Shown here in pieces: positions 28,374-40,725 of a stretch of DNA of 64,000 nt. Both the position numbers and the translations under genes were made by a program. Each line of letters opens with the position of its first letter. Within the stretch, counting starts at the first letter, position 1. This DNA comes from Elsinoe ampelina (Eukaryota): the NCBI GenBank assembly GCA_010093995.1, contig ML992517.1, positions 14,677-78,676 on the forward strand. The letters are read 5' to 3'. The notes beneath the pieces were generated by a model. The model was given only the letters and a program-made list of their open reading frames with translations. It did no database searches and was not told the DNA's origin.

Positions 28374-30029
28374 ATGCAAAGCTACGATTCAAAGGCGAGG
28401 CTACGCCGAGTAGTCGGATGGACCAGTTGCTTCCTCGCACTAGCCAGCGTCACAGCCCTCGGAGCGACCTTGGTAGTGTTGGCATCTTCAAACTTTGTGC
28501 CCAGCTCGAAGCAGACACTGTTGATAGTCTCTGTAGTCTTCGACATGCTGGCACTGCTCGTTTTCGCTGGAGTGGCTGCTCTGCTGATGAAGCATGTGCA
28601 TGGCCGATCAAGATTACAGGCCGTTCGAAGACTGGTAGTCATCGCGGCTTTTGCAATCCTCTCGCTCTTGGCCATTATCTTGACTTTGGTTGCTTTGGTG
28701 GAGACCCGGGCCTCGATTGGGAGGAGCGTACCTATTGCTCAAAGGAACGAGCTGAACACACTCTCGGGTACATCACTCTCATTGTGTGTACTTTTTCTCA
28801 TCTTCCAAATTGCCTTCTTCATGGCGACCTTCACGGCTCCAGCAGCAGTCGAGGAGATTGCAACTACGACAGACACCGCTGGATCATTTTCATCGGAGCT
28901 CAAAGATTCGCCCCAGACGAACAAGAGCAGAGACATGTTCACACCGGTCGAGCCGGCACCAATGTCGCCACTCACGTCGACATTCTCGATTACTCCACCT
29001 CGACGAGCATCTATCAGGGACTCTTTCACCAACTTCCTCCAACCGGTCATCCAGCCAATGACCTCAAAATCCAGGCTCATCAGACAGAACTCCGTCGTAT
29101 CGTCCGCTTCGCAACACTCGCGAGATGACTCCTGGGGCAACCGCGCAGAAGAGGCGTTCGACAACTGGGAGGTGTCCCCAATCGAGGAGCAGATTGAGAC
29201 CACACCACCACCTGCTGCATTCCCAGGTACTCGCCTAGACCCAATACCAGCGTCCCGGCCGGCAAGCCCAGCAAAGCCACTTGATGGACCCTTTCCCGCA
29301 TACGAAGTCTCCCAAGTTGAGGAGCCAATGCTTCCTTTCGCATCATTACCAAACCATTCTCAACCTAGTGTTGAAGACACCACAGTATCAGTTCCATTCG
29401 CTATGCACGACAACGCCTCTGTAAGAAGTATACCCTACACCATCACCCGTAAGAACTCCTTACCTCCTCACGGCGCCATCGGAGCAGTGACAAGAGACGG
29501 CCGCAAAATCACCCCTCCTGGTTCCCACTCCCGCGCCGCCTCAATCGAACCGCGCCCATCCTCATCCCGCTCCGCCCGCCCCTCAACAGACGAACAACAC
29601 ATCCACCCTCTCTTCCGCACCGAGTCTTCACTGCCGCCTCCAGTCACCTCTCCGGGCACCATCGTCACCGCCTCCCCCTGGGGTGGCCAAGTGGTCCCCA
29701 TGCCGGACCCGACCTTCTTCTCTCCCTCCACCGCCGCGTCAAGACAAGGCAGCTTCTCCGTCCCCCGTCCACGAAGCCCCATTCGTCCACCCTCGCGCGG
29801 CTCCCCCATGGTCCGCAGCGGGAGTGCACAAGGCTTCAGCCTCCGCCCAACAGGCCAAGTCGTCGGCCGGATGAGGAGCTCCAGCAGCGCAGGTCACGGA
29901 GCACGACCGCCGCTTCGCAGCGTGAGGAGTGAGGAGGCTTGGGGCAGGGCACGAGTCGGCGCGGTCGATGCTAGTATGCCGCCGAGGGTCTACCCGGGGA
30001 TTATGGTCAGGAAGCACAGTGTGTATTGA
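28374..30029 (+). CDS. Fungal membrane protein with four N-terminal TM helices and a long Ser/Pro-rich cytoplasmic tail
   Basis: 551-aa ORF with four hydrophobic segments in the first ~155 aa; conserved-looking EAFDNWEV and EQHIHPLFR motifs. Confidence 0.8.
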   Translation: MQSYDSKARLRRVVGWTSCFLALASVTALGATLVVLASSNFVPSSKQTLLIVSVVFDMLALLVFAGVAALLMKHVHGRSRLQAVRRLVVIAAFAILSLLAIILTLVALVETRASIGRSVPIAQRNELNTLSGTSLSLCVLFLIFQIAFFMATFTAPAAVEEIATTTDTAGSFSSELKDSPQTNKSRDMFTPVEPAPMSPLTSTFSITPPRRASIRDSFTNFLQPVIQPMTSKSRLIRQNSVVSSASQHSRDDSWGNRAEEAFDNWEVSPIEEQIETTPPPAAFPGTRLDPIPASRPASPAKPLDGPFPAYEVSQVEEPMLPFASLPNHSQPSVEDTTVSVPFAMHDNASVRSIPYTITRKNSLPPHGAIGAVTRDGRKITPPGSHSRAASIEPRPSSSRSARPSTDEQHIHPLFRTESSLPPPVTSPGTIVTASPWGGQVVPMPDPTFFSPSTAASRQGSFSVPRPRSPIRPPSRGSPMVRSGSAQGFSLRPTGQVVGRMRSSSSAGHGARPPLRSVRSEEAWGRARVGAVDASMPPRVYPGIMVRKHSVY

Positions 30030-30712
30030 GCAGGGAAGGAAAGGCAAGAGAGGGATATGATACCATGATGACTTACGACAATTTTCTTTTCTGCGCTACT
30101 TGGCGAGCGATGAGACCTATGTTTTTTTGCAGAACGACAGATCTGTCTTTACGGCTTCTTCGATGAGCAACGATGGTGGCAATGCGACCTTTTCAGCGAC
30201 CGTCTGGTTGATCAGATTATGTACAGAGCGGAGATAGCTCCAGCACAATTGCAAAGAAAACAATACGCTGTTCTCTCCGTGAATTGTGATTCGGCGGCAG
30301 AGTTTGCTAATCATGCCTCCATGACATATAAGAGCCATGTGATTGACCCACAAAATACGGGGTTTTGGAAAAGGATGTTACATTGTAAAGATCAAAGTTG
30401 CCATACTGTCTAGAATCAACGAGGGATTGTTCAATAGCTGATCAGGGATGTATACAAGAATGGTATGTGATTCTTGTGCTCTTGAGCCGCAACCTTGAAC
30501 GCCGCCAGCTGGACGCCAAGCGACAGTCCTTGGGCGGCCTGACGACGACAATCAAGGCAGGTATCTCACGAACATGCATTGCTCTGTCCGACTGCGTGTC
30601 CAGTCGCAAGAAGGATACAAGATGATGGATCTCGACTGCTAGCACGAGAAGGAGACAGCGTGTCTGCCATGACCCGTCACAACCGACCGCAACTCCACCA
30701 GCGACACTCGCG

Positions 30713-31966
30713 ATGATACTTCATCTCGCCAACACATCTGCAGCCCGAGTGCTGGCCCTTACCGGACTGCTGTGGCTCACTGCCTTCTTCATCTGCAAGT
30801 CGATACTATGGCGAGATCCACATTCGGCATTCTTCAAAGAGGAGGGCGTATATGATCTGGGCTACAGCACAACTCGCCAGGAGGAAGCAATACAATTTAT
30901 ATCAGCTGCAGACAATTCGAGCACCCCACCAAGTCCTCCTGTCAAGGACCCGCTGATATGCGCCGCCTTTACCACCTTCCAGCGAGAAGGCCGCCAATAC
31001 CTTCGTGAATCCATCGGCTCCATGCTCGTCAGCCTCACCCCGCTCGAACGCTCCACCCTTGACCTCCACCTCCTCTTCACCCACGTCGACCCTGCCCGCT
31101 CCACCGACTGGAACGCCACCTGGCTCTCCCTCACCAACACCTGGTCCACCTACAACACCACCCCCTCCCAACTCTCCCTCATCTCCGAATGGGAAACCTC
31201 GCGCAACTTTTACGCCAAAGGCGTTTACGACTACCTCTACCTCCTCACCACCTGCCTCACCACCACAGCCCCCTACATCGCCATCTTCGAAGACGACATC
31301 ATCTTCGCCGAAGGCTGGCTAGCTAAAACCCTCTCGGCCCTCACCAAGCTCCAGCACAACAAAAAATGGCTCTACCTCCGGCTCTTCTACACCGAAACCT
31401 CCCTGGGCTGGGACCCCGCCACCGACTTCTGGTACCGCAACATGCCGCTCACCTTCCTCCTCGCGTCCTCCCTCTCCGCCTCCCTCCTCCTTCTCCTCCG
31501 CCGCCTCCCCCGCGCCCGCCTCCTCCTCGACACCCCCACCCTCGCCGTCCTCGTCTGCATCACCACCCCCGCCTTTGTGGTCCTCGCTTTCATGACGGGG
31601 AAGTACACCCTGACACCCCTCCGCGGCGTCGTCCCGATGGATAAATGGGGGTGCTGCACCCAGGCGCTCGTCTTCCCGAGGTATCAGGTGGAGAGCATGG
31701 TGAATTTCTTGCGGGAACGGGGGTCCGGGCAGACGGATGCGTTGATCGAGGAGTATGCGGATCGGTCGGGGTTGGGAAGGTGGGCACTCGCGCCACAGGT
31801 GGTGCAGCATGTGGGCGTCGTGTCGAGTAGGGATAATTTGGCGGTTAATACGAGGAGCACGTGGGCTTTTTGGTTTGAGGCGCAGAGGGGGGAGAGGTTG
31901 AGGGGGGAGAAGGAGGGAGTGGATGTGGAGGGGGTGGTGAGGGAGTTGAGAGAGGTGGGGGGGTAG
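30713..31966 (+). CDS. Putative membrane glycosyltransferase (GT-A fold, MGAT4/PGAP4-like fungal family)
   Basis: N-terminal anchor, WRDPHSAFF, YIAIFEDDIIFA (DxD-like), YLRLFYTE, internal TM pair, GCCTQALVFPR and VQHVG. Confidence 0.75.
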   Translation: MILHLANTSAARVLALTGLLWLTAFFICKSILWRDPHSAFFKEEGVYDLGYSTTRQEEAIQFISAADNSSTPPSPPVKDPLICAAFTTFQREGRQYLRESIGSMLVSLTPLERSTLDLHLLFTHVDPARSTDWNATWLSLTNTWSTYNTTPSQLSLISEWETSRNFYAKGVYDYLYLLTTCLTTTAPYIAIFEDDIIFAEGWLAKTLSALTKLQHNKKWLYLRLFYTETSLGWDPATDFWYRNMPLTFLLASSLSASLLLLLRRLPRARLLLDTPTLAVLVCITTPAFVVLAFMTGKYTLTPLRGVVPMDKWGCCTQALVFPRYQVESMVNFLRERGSGQTDALIEEYADRSGLGRWALAPQVVQHVGVVSSRDNLAVNTRSTWAFWFEAQRGERLRGEKEGVDVEGVVRELREVGG

Positions 31967-33020
31967 TGTATGTATCCAGATTTGGTCATGAAAGGTTATG
32001 GTTGTCGCGGGCTTGCACATCGGGGTCTGGCGTTGAAGGGATGTATTGAGGGTTGCGAATCGCCACTCCCGCCGAAGCCAGATAGTTGTCGAATTGGCTG
32101 CAAAGTGTGTCGCGACACGGCCGAATGAGCATACAGGGCGTCTGGAGGATGTGAAGTCAAGACATGCGATTGGTGTAAGTGATTCCAGCTGTTTCTTCGA
32201 CAAACGACGTGTTCCGAGTTGGTACAAGCCTCCGCTATACTTGCCAACAGTGATATCCCGGTACACTGGATCACCATCTTTAGGCTGCGCACGTTCCTCT
32301 GCTTTCGCAGCAGCAGCATCCTCCTCTTTCATCTGTTGAAACTTCTTCGCTGCTTCTGCCACTTTGTGATCCCTTGCACATTCACACCTTCCCAATACAT
32401 GGCTTCCACAAGCGTATTTCAACAACCAAGTCTGACTGGCGATATGGATTCTCACCCCCCTGCCGGTCAGTTAGGGGGCCGTCCGCCACCTGTCCGAACC
32501 GCTCACGACCCCAACGATCCTTTCATTACAGGATTCCCATCGCCTCCTCGATATCCTCATGCACCACCTCCAGGCTATCGCGCCGCCGCACCTCCACCCC
32601 CTCCCCTGCTTGGCGCCTTCGCCAACCCTTACGACGAGATAGATGCATTGAGGGCACTGATTCGCCGCGAGCGTCGAGAGCATTTGGAGAAAATGTTGAG
32701 GCTGGGCCAGGAGAGCTTGGACGAGCGCATGAGACATGTCAGAGAAATGCTCAATCTGCGAGAGGAGCTTGAGGATAAGCTCTACGACGAAAGGAGACGT
32801 GTCAGAGACTGGGCGGAGTATGTCAGGCAGGAAAGGAATGCAGATGAAAAGGCCAAGCGCAAGAAATCCGCCAAGAAGGAGGAGCGAGCGGACCTGAGCT
32901 TCTTCAGGACGCCAACGAGAAAGGTGTGGCCTCCCCCTCCAGCTGTTGAGGAGGAGGAAGGAGAGGGTGGATGTTGAGGGGGTGGTGAGGGAGTTGAGGG
33001 AGGGAGTAGGAGTTGGGGTT
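31897..33020 (+). repeat. Imperfect direct repeat pair (31897-~31975 and 32945-~33020) duplicating the 3' end of the glycosyltransferase gene
   Basis: GTTGAGG..GAAGGAG..GTGGATGT(G/T)GAGGGGGTGGTGAGGGAGTTGAG(A/G)GAGG...GGGTAGTGTAT occurs in both places. Confidence 0.85.
32399..32977 (+). CDS. Orphan protein, Pro-rich N-terminus plus charged coiled coil
   Basis: ATG 32399 (MASTSVFQQ) inside ORF 32219-32977; protein-like composition; no recognisable family. Confidence 0.5.
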   Translation: MASTSVFQQPSLTGDMDSHPPAGQLGGRPPPVRTAHDPNDPFITGFPSPPRYPHAPPPGYRAAAPPPPPLLGAFANPYDEIDALRALIRRERREHLEKMLRLGQESLDERMRHVREMLNLREELEDKLYDERRRVRDWAEYVRQERNADEKAKRKKSAKKEERADLSFFRTPTRKVWPPPPAVEEEEGEGGC

Positions 33021-33088
33021 GGGTTGGGAGGGTAGTGTATATATTTGCATTTTGTTGCGAGGCACTATTTTCTCCACGGTCTTGCGTG

Positions 33089-33661
33089 CTACCAGTGGAA
33101 GACGAGGGAGACTTTTTCTTTCATGTCCCGCCATGCCAGTGTCCCGCGGCTGGGATAGCTTTCATATGCCTCCGCCTTGACGAGACTTGAGTCCTCTGTG
33201 CTTCGCAAGAGCGTAACATACTCCTCCGCCATGTCCTCTGGTCTTCTAGCTCGAGCCGGAATCTCCGGGTCGATGGAGGTATGTAGTAAAGGCAGGGCGT
33301 CATTCTTCCAGTGCTCGACTCCATTGTCATGAGTGGTGTAAGCCGTCATGGCAAGCAAAATGAGAGATAGCAGCATCAGCACTACAGGCAGTATGAGCCA
33401 GACCCATCGTACCGAGAAGACCTGTTCGGTCGAATAAGCGACTCCTCCATATGAAGGACTCTGACCGCTAACGTTGTTGAACTGCCGGATATTGTTTGTC
33501 AAGCGGATGGCCAGGTCCTCAATCCAATTATCGTAGTAGTCTTGAAAGGCGTACATCACACTCGATGGCGTATTCATCGCGAAAGTCTGATCGATCCTAT
33601 ATGGTGGTGGTGTCCCCCTCTTCACATATGAGTAGGAATGTTCGGCTGTCACTGTGTCCAT
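33089..33661 (-). pseudogene. C-terminal fragment of a DUF3176-type fungal membrane protein (truncated, or the last exon of a degenerate gene)
   Basis: LAIRLTNNIR..VFSVRWVWLILPVVLMLLSLILL..WKNDALPLL is the typical C-terminus of this family. It is preceded by CTAAC..CAG, but I found no convincing upstream exons. Confidence 0.5.
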
Positions 33662-34668
33662 GGCTGCTGTTAGGGATGAGTGGCGAAGGCAGTGAGTCGC
33701 GAGGTATAGACAGCCCCCGAGAAGCTTGACTGCTGCAGCTGATGTCGGCGGACGTCCTTGCGGAGTGTTGCAAAGACGGCGTCTGCTCCAACGACTCCTG
33801 ATGTATCACACTGTACGACTGCATGTTCGCGCCAGGCGCCTGCGACTAGAATGCCCGTACAGAAACGCTGATGAGAAGGAAAAGATGGCAAGTTTGATGT
33901 GTTATCGGTCCAGGTAATGTGCACACCTTCGCACACCCACTCACCACCTTGTGCTACCCAACGGATGGGCAGCTGAAGCCACTCTTCGCACGAGCTGGGC
34001 TAGACGCTACTGCAGAAGCGGTGGTGTGGATTTCATCTAGCTCCGCATGTGCTCGGTCACGAAAAAGGACCAATAGAGCGGCTTCTTCATCTTCGTGCGG
34101 CTGAAGCCAGCGCTGCAGATCTGTCGCGTGGCTTGGATGGCCACGTACTCATTTCCTGGTGTACGATATAGTCAAGACACATTGCTGCCCCAGATTACTT
34201 CATTGGCACATTGCGGGTAATCGAGGACGGATAGCATCATGCTTTGATGTGGTAGAGGAGAGAGGCGGATTGTTGCTTTGGAGTCAAGCAGAGTTTGAGC
34301 CGGTCCACGACGGGAGTCGGTCACGTGATTGTCTCCGCTTTGGGTTTAGGCCCGAATTCAATCTTACTTCTCACACTCTACTGTACCAACAATGCCGGGT
34401 GATCTGACTCGTCGTACTCATAGACCCTTTCCTTTGCCTATTTTGACGATGAACATGTGCTCGGGCGGTGCATGCAGATTATAGGGCTATGACCTGGTAA
34501 GGCGTCCTGCAGAGCGATGTCTCATTGGATCGGTCGCGCAGTATCCCGATCCGAGCTGAATGCTGGCATGCAGTAGCACGAGCGTGCCTGGCATCAATTC
34601 CTCAAGTATGCCCGCAATGGCGGTTTCCTTCCATCTTGTTCTCATTCAACCAGTTCCACGATATCACA

Positions 34669-37286
34669 ATGACAGATGATCGAGGCAGATACCGAAATCT
34701 GACGGCCAACGGAGAAGATGGAACAGTAACACCACCACGAGCGTCTAGCAGCTCGGGCTCACGACGAGAAGAAAGTCCAAATCATGTCACGGCCTACGAG
34801 AGTCGATTCCTTGAGCCGTTCGCAAAGCTACCAAATTCGTCTGCAAGAAGTGCTTCTCCTCAGTCAGAGGCAGATGCCGACCGTCACCACGCAAGCACAC
34901 AACCGACAGAACGACGGCACTCTACAGAAGCCACCATCTCGGAGCAATTCACGAAAGCCGAACAAGATGTCTTGGTAGTGTCTAGTCGTTGGCCAAAACA
35001 ACCAAGGCATTTAAGAGTCGACGCTGGTGGGGGCATTATCTTCGCTGCACTGGAGCTGGTCATTGCCCTTGCTCCGCTTCTGTTCTTGAGTAAGACTTCC
35101 GCCCAGACGAATTCTCAGTCCTCGATATACACGATACTGATTGTTCGCAGTACTCGCGGCTGTCGCCTATAGTCTTGACGAAAAGCCCGTGCTGCAAGGA
35201 GCACCCAGATGGTACAACGATTCCAAACCTCTCGTTGAGAGTCGACTTGGTGTCGTTGCAGAGGAGGCCGCTAAACTGGTATGTATATGAGCATTGTTGT
35301 ATTAGCAGCCATGCTAATGTTGTCAGGGTCCCACAGTATTTCCTGTGCTATTTGCAGCTGTTGTTGGCTCGGCACTCAAGGTCTTTGCGAGATATCTGGC
35401 GGAACGATCACCTCAGAAACTCGGAGTAGGTTACACATATCTGACCATGACATGCACTGACATATTTGAAGATGCTCGAAATGCTCACTGGATCCCGGAC
35501 CGTTCTATCCACTGTCGAAAGTCAAGTTTTGCTTTGGAGAGCTACGTGGTTGGGTCTTGGACTGACCTGTCTCTGGTCCCTGTCACCGCTTGGAGGACAA
35601 GCGTCCCTCCGACTGTTATCTCGTGAGACACGGATGGTGGACAGCCCGCTGACAGTCTACTATGTCAACACTGCCCTGACCGGCCTGTACAGGCGTCTGA
35701 GGTATGAGCAGGCCAGGGCTATTTATTCGACGTCCTGGGACAATCACAGCTTCTATGACTCACCGAATTTCGCCGCCAGTGAATTTCCCGCATTGCAGGC
35801 CGTACTGCTTGCAAGCATGAACGCTCCAACCTCGACTCAGGCTTCCAATGAGGATCTTTGGAACAACGTCCGTATCCCGCGCATCTCTCGATTGGCAAAT
35901 GTTACCAAGGATGCCGATGGCTGGAAAGCTGTGCCTGAGAATCTCGGCAAGCTCGACTACGCTTCGATGACAGGAGTTCCGATCACGACACAACGTACAT
36001 ATGGCCCGGCATCCCTCACAGGCATGGATCAAGACGCTGAGTTGCGATTCGTGACCGAGTATACCTACCAGGAGGTCACGTGTACAACGACAGACCGCGG
36101 AAGTGGAGACGATTGGTGGCTTCCGATGATAGCTGAGCCTTGGGTCAACGTGACCGATGGGCAGATGTCAGCGGAGAGCAGACCAATCATTAACAAGAGG
36201 GACTTTACACCGGTCAATCTGACCGAGACATCGATGTTCTTCTCCTTCAATTACACTATCGATCTGGACTCGAACGACAACCCACGTCTCCTCACCAACG
36301 TATCCCTTCCTGCCGGTAATGCTAGAGCCCTTCAATTGTTCGTGTGGTCGGACAGGAACACGGCGGGCACACCGGCATTGGGCATGGCGAACTGTACGCT
36401 GCAGCAGGAAATCGTCGAGGCCCGCATCCTCTGTCGGGCCAGCAACTGCACCACCGAGACTATGAGACCATCCACACGCCTGGCAAGTGCTGATCAGATC
36501 GTTGCCGATGTAGACGGTGAGGTCTTGAGAGCCATGGCTATGTTGAATCCAACGTTACTTGGGCGTCAACAAGGCGGCGTCAATCCCTTGAACACAGATG
36601 GATCTCCAGGCGCAGCGTTCCTACTTGGCTCGGACAGTCCTTCCTCGTCCGTGAAATACCCAGGTGACACTCGGCTGGTATTTGGACATGACGTGCCTGA
36701 ACTTGGGCCTCGTCTTTCACTACTGGTCAACACATACTCGGACTTTATCATGCATGGCAGAGATATAACCCGGACGAATCGCTATCCGGACATTGTCGAG
36801 GACGCCATCTACTCCGACGGCTTTTACAAGATGGGTAACATGACCACAGCCAAACAAGTGCAGGACTTCATCGACGGTCCAGATCTTAGGAATCTCAACA
36901 AGGACAGAGACTATGTCTACAGTGCTGCTCAAGGCGAGATGCTGACCCCGCAAGTCATCTACAGCTGTAATGTCGTCTGGTTCGTCGTTCTGCTTATCGC
37001 ATCTGGTGCCCTCACTGCTATTGGCCTCACAGGCTTTCTGCTGGAGAAACGCATCCTGGCTCCGGACACGATCGGCTATGTCAGCAGCCACACGTACGAT
37101 AATCCATATGTTCCGATACCAGCTGCGAGCACACTTGACGGTATGGAGAGATCAAGGTTGCTGTTCGATCTGGAGGTCAGGATTGGAGATGTGAGGACGG
37201 ATGATCAGGCAGGCCATGTTGCCTTTGCTGCTGAGACGGACACGTTCCATATCGGTAAGCTGGATCGGAATAGAAAGTACCTCTGA
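34669..37286 (+). CDS. Large fungal membrane glycoprotein of unknown function, 3 introns
   Basis: ATG 34669; TM segments, LWSLSPLGGQASLR, DLWNNVRIP, YASMTGVP, C-terminal TM, APDTIGYVSS..DNPY and RIGDV. Confidence 0.8.
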
Positions 37287-38085
37287 TCTTCTGGGGACAC
37301 TGCGAGGATCAAAGGCATGAATCATGATATCAAGAGGTCGTTCAATCATAGCGAGGGCGTTGCAAGGACATACAGGGCATCGCTCAGGGTCGTAAATGGG
37401 AGATCTTATGTATAGTAGACGATTCAATGGAATTAGCCTCGTTCCGAATCCCTTACGATCTATCCCTCCGCCGCAGAAAAGTGCTGCGGTACGTTCGATG
37501 TAAATCAACGGATATCGAAGAATGTGGGCAGAGCACGACACGAAGTCTGAATTGTACACTCCATCCATACCTCCATCGTTCATACCCCGCCACAACCATC
37601 GGTCGACCTGAAATGATCAAAATATTTCCCCTGCGATCACTGTAAGCCATCAGATACGTTTTCGGAAAGATCGGGTTGGTATCGCGGATGCTGCGTGCCG
37701 TGATGGCCTCACTCAAAACTCCTCGGCCGAGCATGGCAGGACCGGCCGGCCGAAGTTGACCACAGCATGTAATCGACTCACAAGCCTGTGGAAGCTTTGT
37801 AGTGAGCCAAGTACATATAGCGTCGTAAGTCCTTCGATTTACATCCTAGCAATTTCCCACAATACTCTTTGACGTCCCCACCACGCATCGATCCACTACC
37901 ACATCCCGTCACCCGCCCCATCAGTCAAGAGCGTCACACCAGCACCATCCAACCGCAACCGCTCTTCACTTTCGTCAACAACTCCCCCAGACATTCCACC
38001 TAAGCCCTTGTCTAATCCAGCACCACCCTCGGGACGAACCACACCCTCTCCTCCACTTCCACGGAACCCCCGCACCCCCACGCCC

Positions 38086-39490
38086 ATGCCTCAGTCCATC
38101 TTGATATCAGGCCTAGGCCCCTCCTCCCTCCCCCTCACCCTCTTCCTCCTCTCCCAACCCCTCTCCCCCTCCTCACTCCCCCGCATCACAATCCTCGAAC
38201 GCTCCCCCTCCCCCTCCCTTTTCGGACAGAACATCGACGTCCGCAGCACCGGCCTCGTCCTCTTGTCCCGCCTGGGCCTCACCTCCGCCATCCGCGCCGC
38301 CACCACGAAGGAGAAAGGCGTCCGATTCGTCGACTCCTCCAATCGCGTCTGGGCTGAGTTCGAGGCGGGGAGGGAGAGCCGGGGTGAAGCCAGCGCCGGG
38401 ACGGCGGAGGTAGAGATCCTCCGCTCTGACCTCGTCAGGGTGCTGCTCGCCAAGGCCGATTCACTGGTGAAGAAGCAGGGGGGTGCAGGGGTCGAGATCA
38501 AGTACGGGACGACGATGACTTCTCTCTCCCAGGATGGGGACGGGGTCGATGTCCTCTTCTCCTCTGGCGAGAAGGGGAGGTATGATCTGGTCGTCGGCGC
38601 GGATGGGCTGGGGAGTGCGGTGCGGAGGATGGTTTGGGGGAGGGAAGGAGAGGGGGAGAGGGTGAGGGGGCTGGGCATGTATGGTGCTTTTTTCTCCATG
38701 CCGAGGGGAGAGACGGATGGGGGGTGGAGGAGGTGGTATACCGCTCCTGGGAGGAGGGGGGTGATGGTTCGGCCTCATAGGGATTCGGAGAGGGCGACGG
38801 TGTTTATGTTTGTTGTCAATGATCGGGATGGGAGGCTAGGGGAGGTGGTGGGCGGGGGAAGGGGGAAGGTGCAGGCGCAGAAGGAGTTGTTTGCGGAGTA
38901 CTTCAGGGGCGCAGGGTGGGAATGTGAGCGTTTGGTGACGGAGATGGAGGTGGCGGAGGACTTTTATTATGATAGGCTGGCGCAGGTGAGGATGGATGAG
39001 GGGGGGACGGGGGAGGGGTGGAGTAAGGGACGGGTGGTGTTGCTTGGGGACGCTGGGTATGTCACATGCTTGCTTTGATTACTTGTGGAGTGAGGGATGA
39101 GCTGACTGCGGCAGGTACTGCGCTTCACCGCTCAGCGGCATGGGGACAACGCTCGCTCTGAATGGGGCTTATAATCTCGCTGGAGCACTGCATCAGCATC
39201 CAGATGACTACGCTGCTGCATTCAAGCAGTATGAAGATAAAATGCGGCCGCTGGTCATGGCTGCGCAAAAGAAGGCGCCTGCTCTACCGCGATTAATCAA
39301 TCCCGAGACAGAGTGGGGAGTGTTTCTTCTACGACTGATGGTGGCGATGATCTACTGGTCTGGCGTGGCGAAATTGGTCTTCTACTTTGCAGGTCCGCAG
39401 GCTAATGCGGTGGAGCTTGAGGAGTACAGGTTGCGGAGATTGCCAGATGGAGAGATTGGAGATGACTTCTTTGACGAGAAGAGGTCGTAG
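38086..39490 (+). CDS. FAD-dependent monooxygenase/oxidoreductase (FAD_binding_3 type), intron 39057-39114
   Basis: GQNIDVR, EILRSDL, YDLVVGADGLGSAVR and WSKGRVVLLGDAG|YCASPLSGMGTTLALNGAYNLAG. Confidence 0.9.
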
Positions 39491-39629
39491 TAGAGCAGGG
39501 GATCACGGCAAGATACGTACAAGGCTAGCAAACTTCGGTCTGTCTCCGACGGGTTATGAAAGCAGATTTTGAGAACTGCCCATGCGTGTGGCGTACAACA
39601 AGCTGTAAATTTCGTTGAAGATGCGTCAC

Positions 39630-40725
39630 CTAACATCCCTGAGCGATATAGAACCTCGCTCCCTGCAACCCAGCCGCTCTACTCGCCTCCCACTGAGTCG
39701 TATAATTCAACGCCATGTAGTACCCCTTATCATTCGCCAGGACAAATCTACTCAGCTCTCTCGTATCGTCATCCGTATACATCAACTCCGCGCCCACAGC
39801 GGTGTCACTCAATGTGACGTTGAACTCACTCGAATCCATCGTTTTGGGCCCAGGCACTGCTACCACCACTCGTCCACTGACCGGATTGGTCTTGTTGACG
39901 GTAGTCTGTGTATTGTCTGTATACTGCTTGTGGATGCAGAGGTAATGACCGCCATTGGCGTGGACCAGACCGTCGGCTCCAGGCTGCACCAAGTCTCCGT
40001 ATTGATCGGGATCGAAACGGCGAGGTACTAGGTCGGGGTCGACGAAGCCTCGGAAAGTGCCATTGGAGGCAATGTAGTAGGGTTTAGGACCGAGGAGGAA
40101 AGTGTTGTTGATGGCAGCGTGGGAAGTAATGGGGTCGTAAGGGTTCGTCGGGTCTGGAGAGGGGAGGACGACTTGGACGTAGAGCCAACGAACGTCGGTA
40201 CAATTGGACGGGTAGGTTGTTGGTTGCGGCGTGGCGGAGGTGGTAGAGGTAGTACTGGTAGGAGTCGATACCAAGGCATCTGGCGTCGTGGTCACTGGAA
40301 CAGGTGTAGTTACGGAGGAGCTGTTGGTTGGGAGGGACAGAGTGGCGTTGGCGCATCCACCTGTGAAGACCAGGCTAGTCTCCACCACGGTAACATTGAC
40401 AGGCTTGGTGATCGTCCTGCGGGGAGCAGACACGGTCACGGTCTCTGTTGTTGTAGTCGTCTTTTGTGGCGACAATATGCAGTAACATGCTTTTGAAACA
40501 GCCGCGCCATTGAGACCTTTGATTGGCGACCTCGAATGCACGTTGGAGAGGTAGGATTGACAAATTTTTTTTGGGGACGACCGAGCCCTTAAGACCGCAG
40601 ACACGGCCGCGGGTGTGCAAACTGTGCTTTGTGAGCATTGGTCCAAGACACTACGAGTTATAGATACCTTGAGCAGTAGCCAACAAGACTTGTGCCGCAA
40701 TGGCAATGGCGATGGCAGCTTTCAT
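39630..40725 (-). CDS. Secreted Cys- and Ser/Thr-rich protein, 1 intron
   Basis: ATG 40725 MKAAIAIAIAAQVLLATAQ signal, intron, then VCTP..ICQSYL..SKACYCI, a Thr-rich linker and a globular C-terminal region in ORF 39630-40706. Confidence 0.75.

Noticed and set aside
28160..29128. 322-aa overlapping ORF
   Set aside because: Alternate frame of the 28374-30029 gene.
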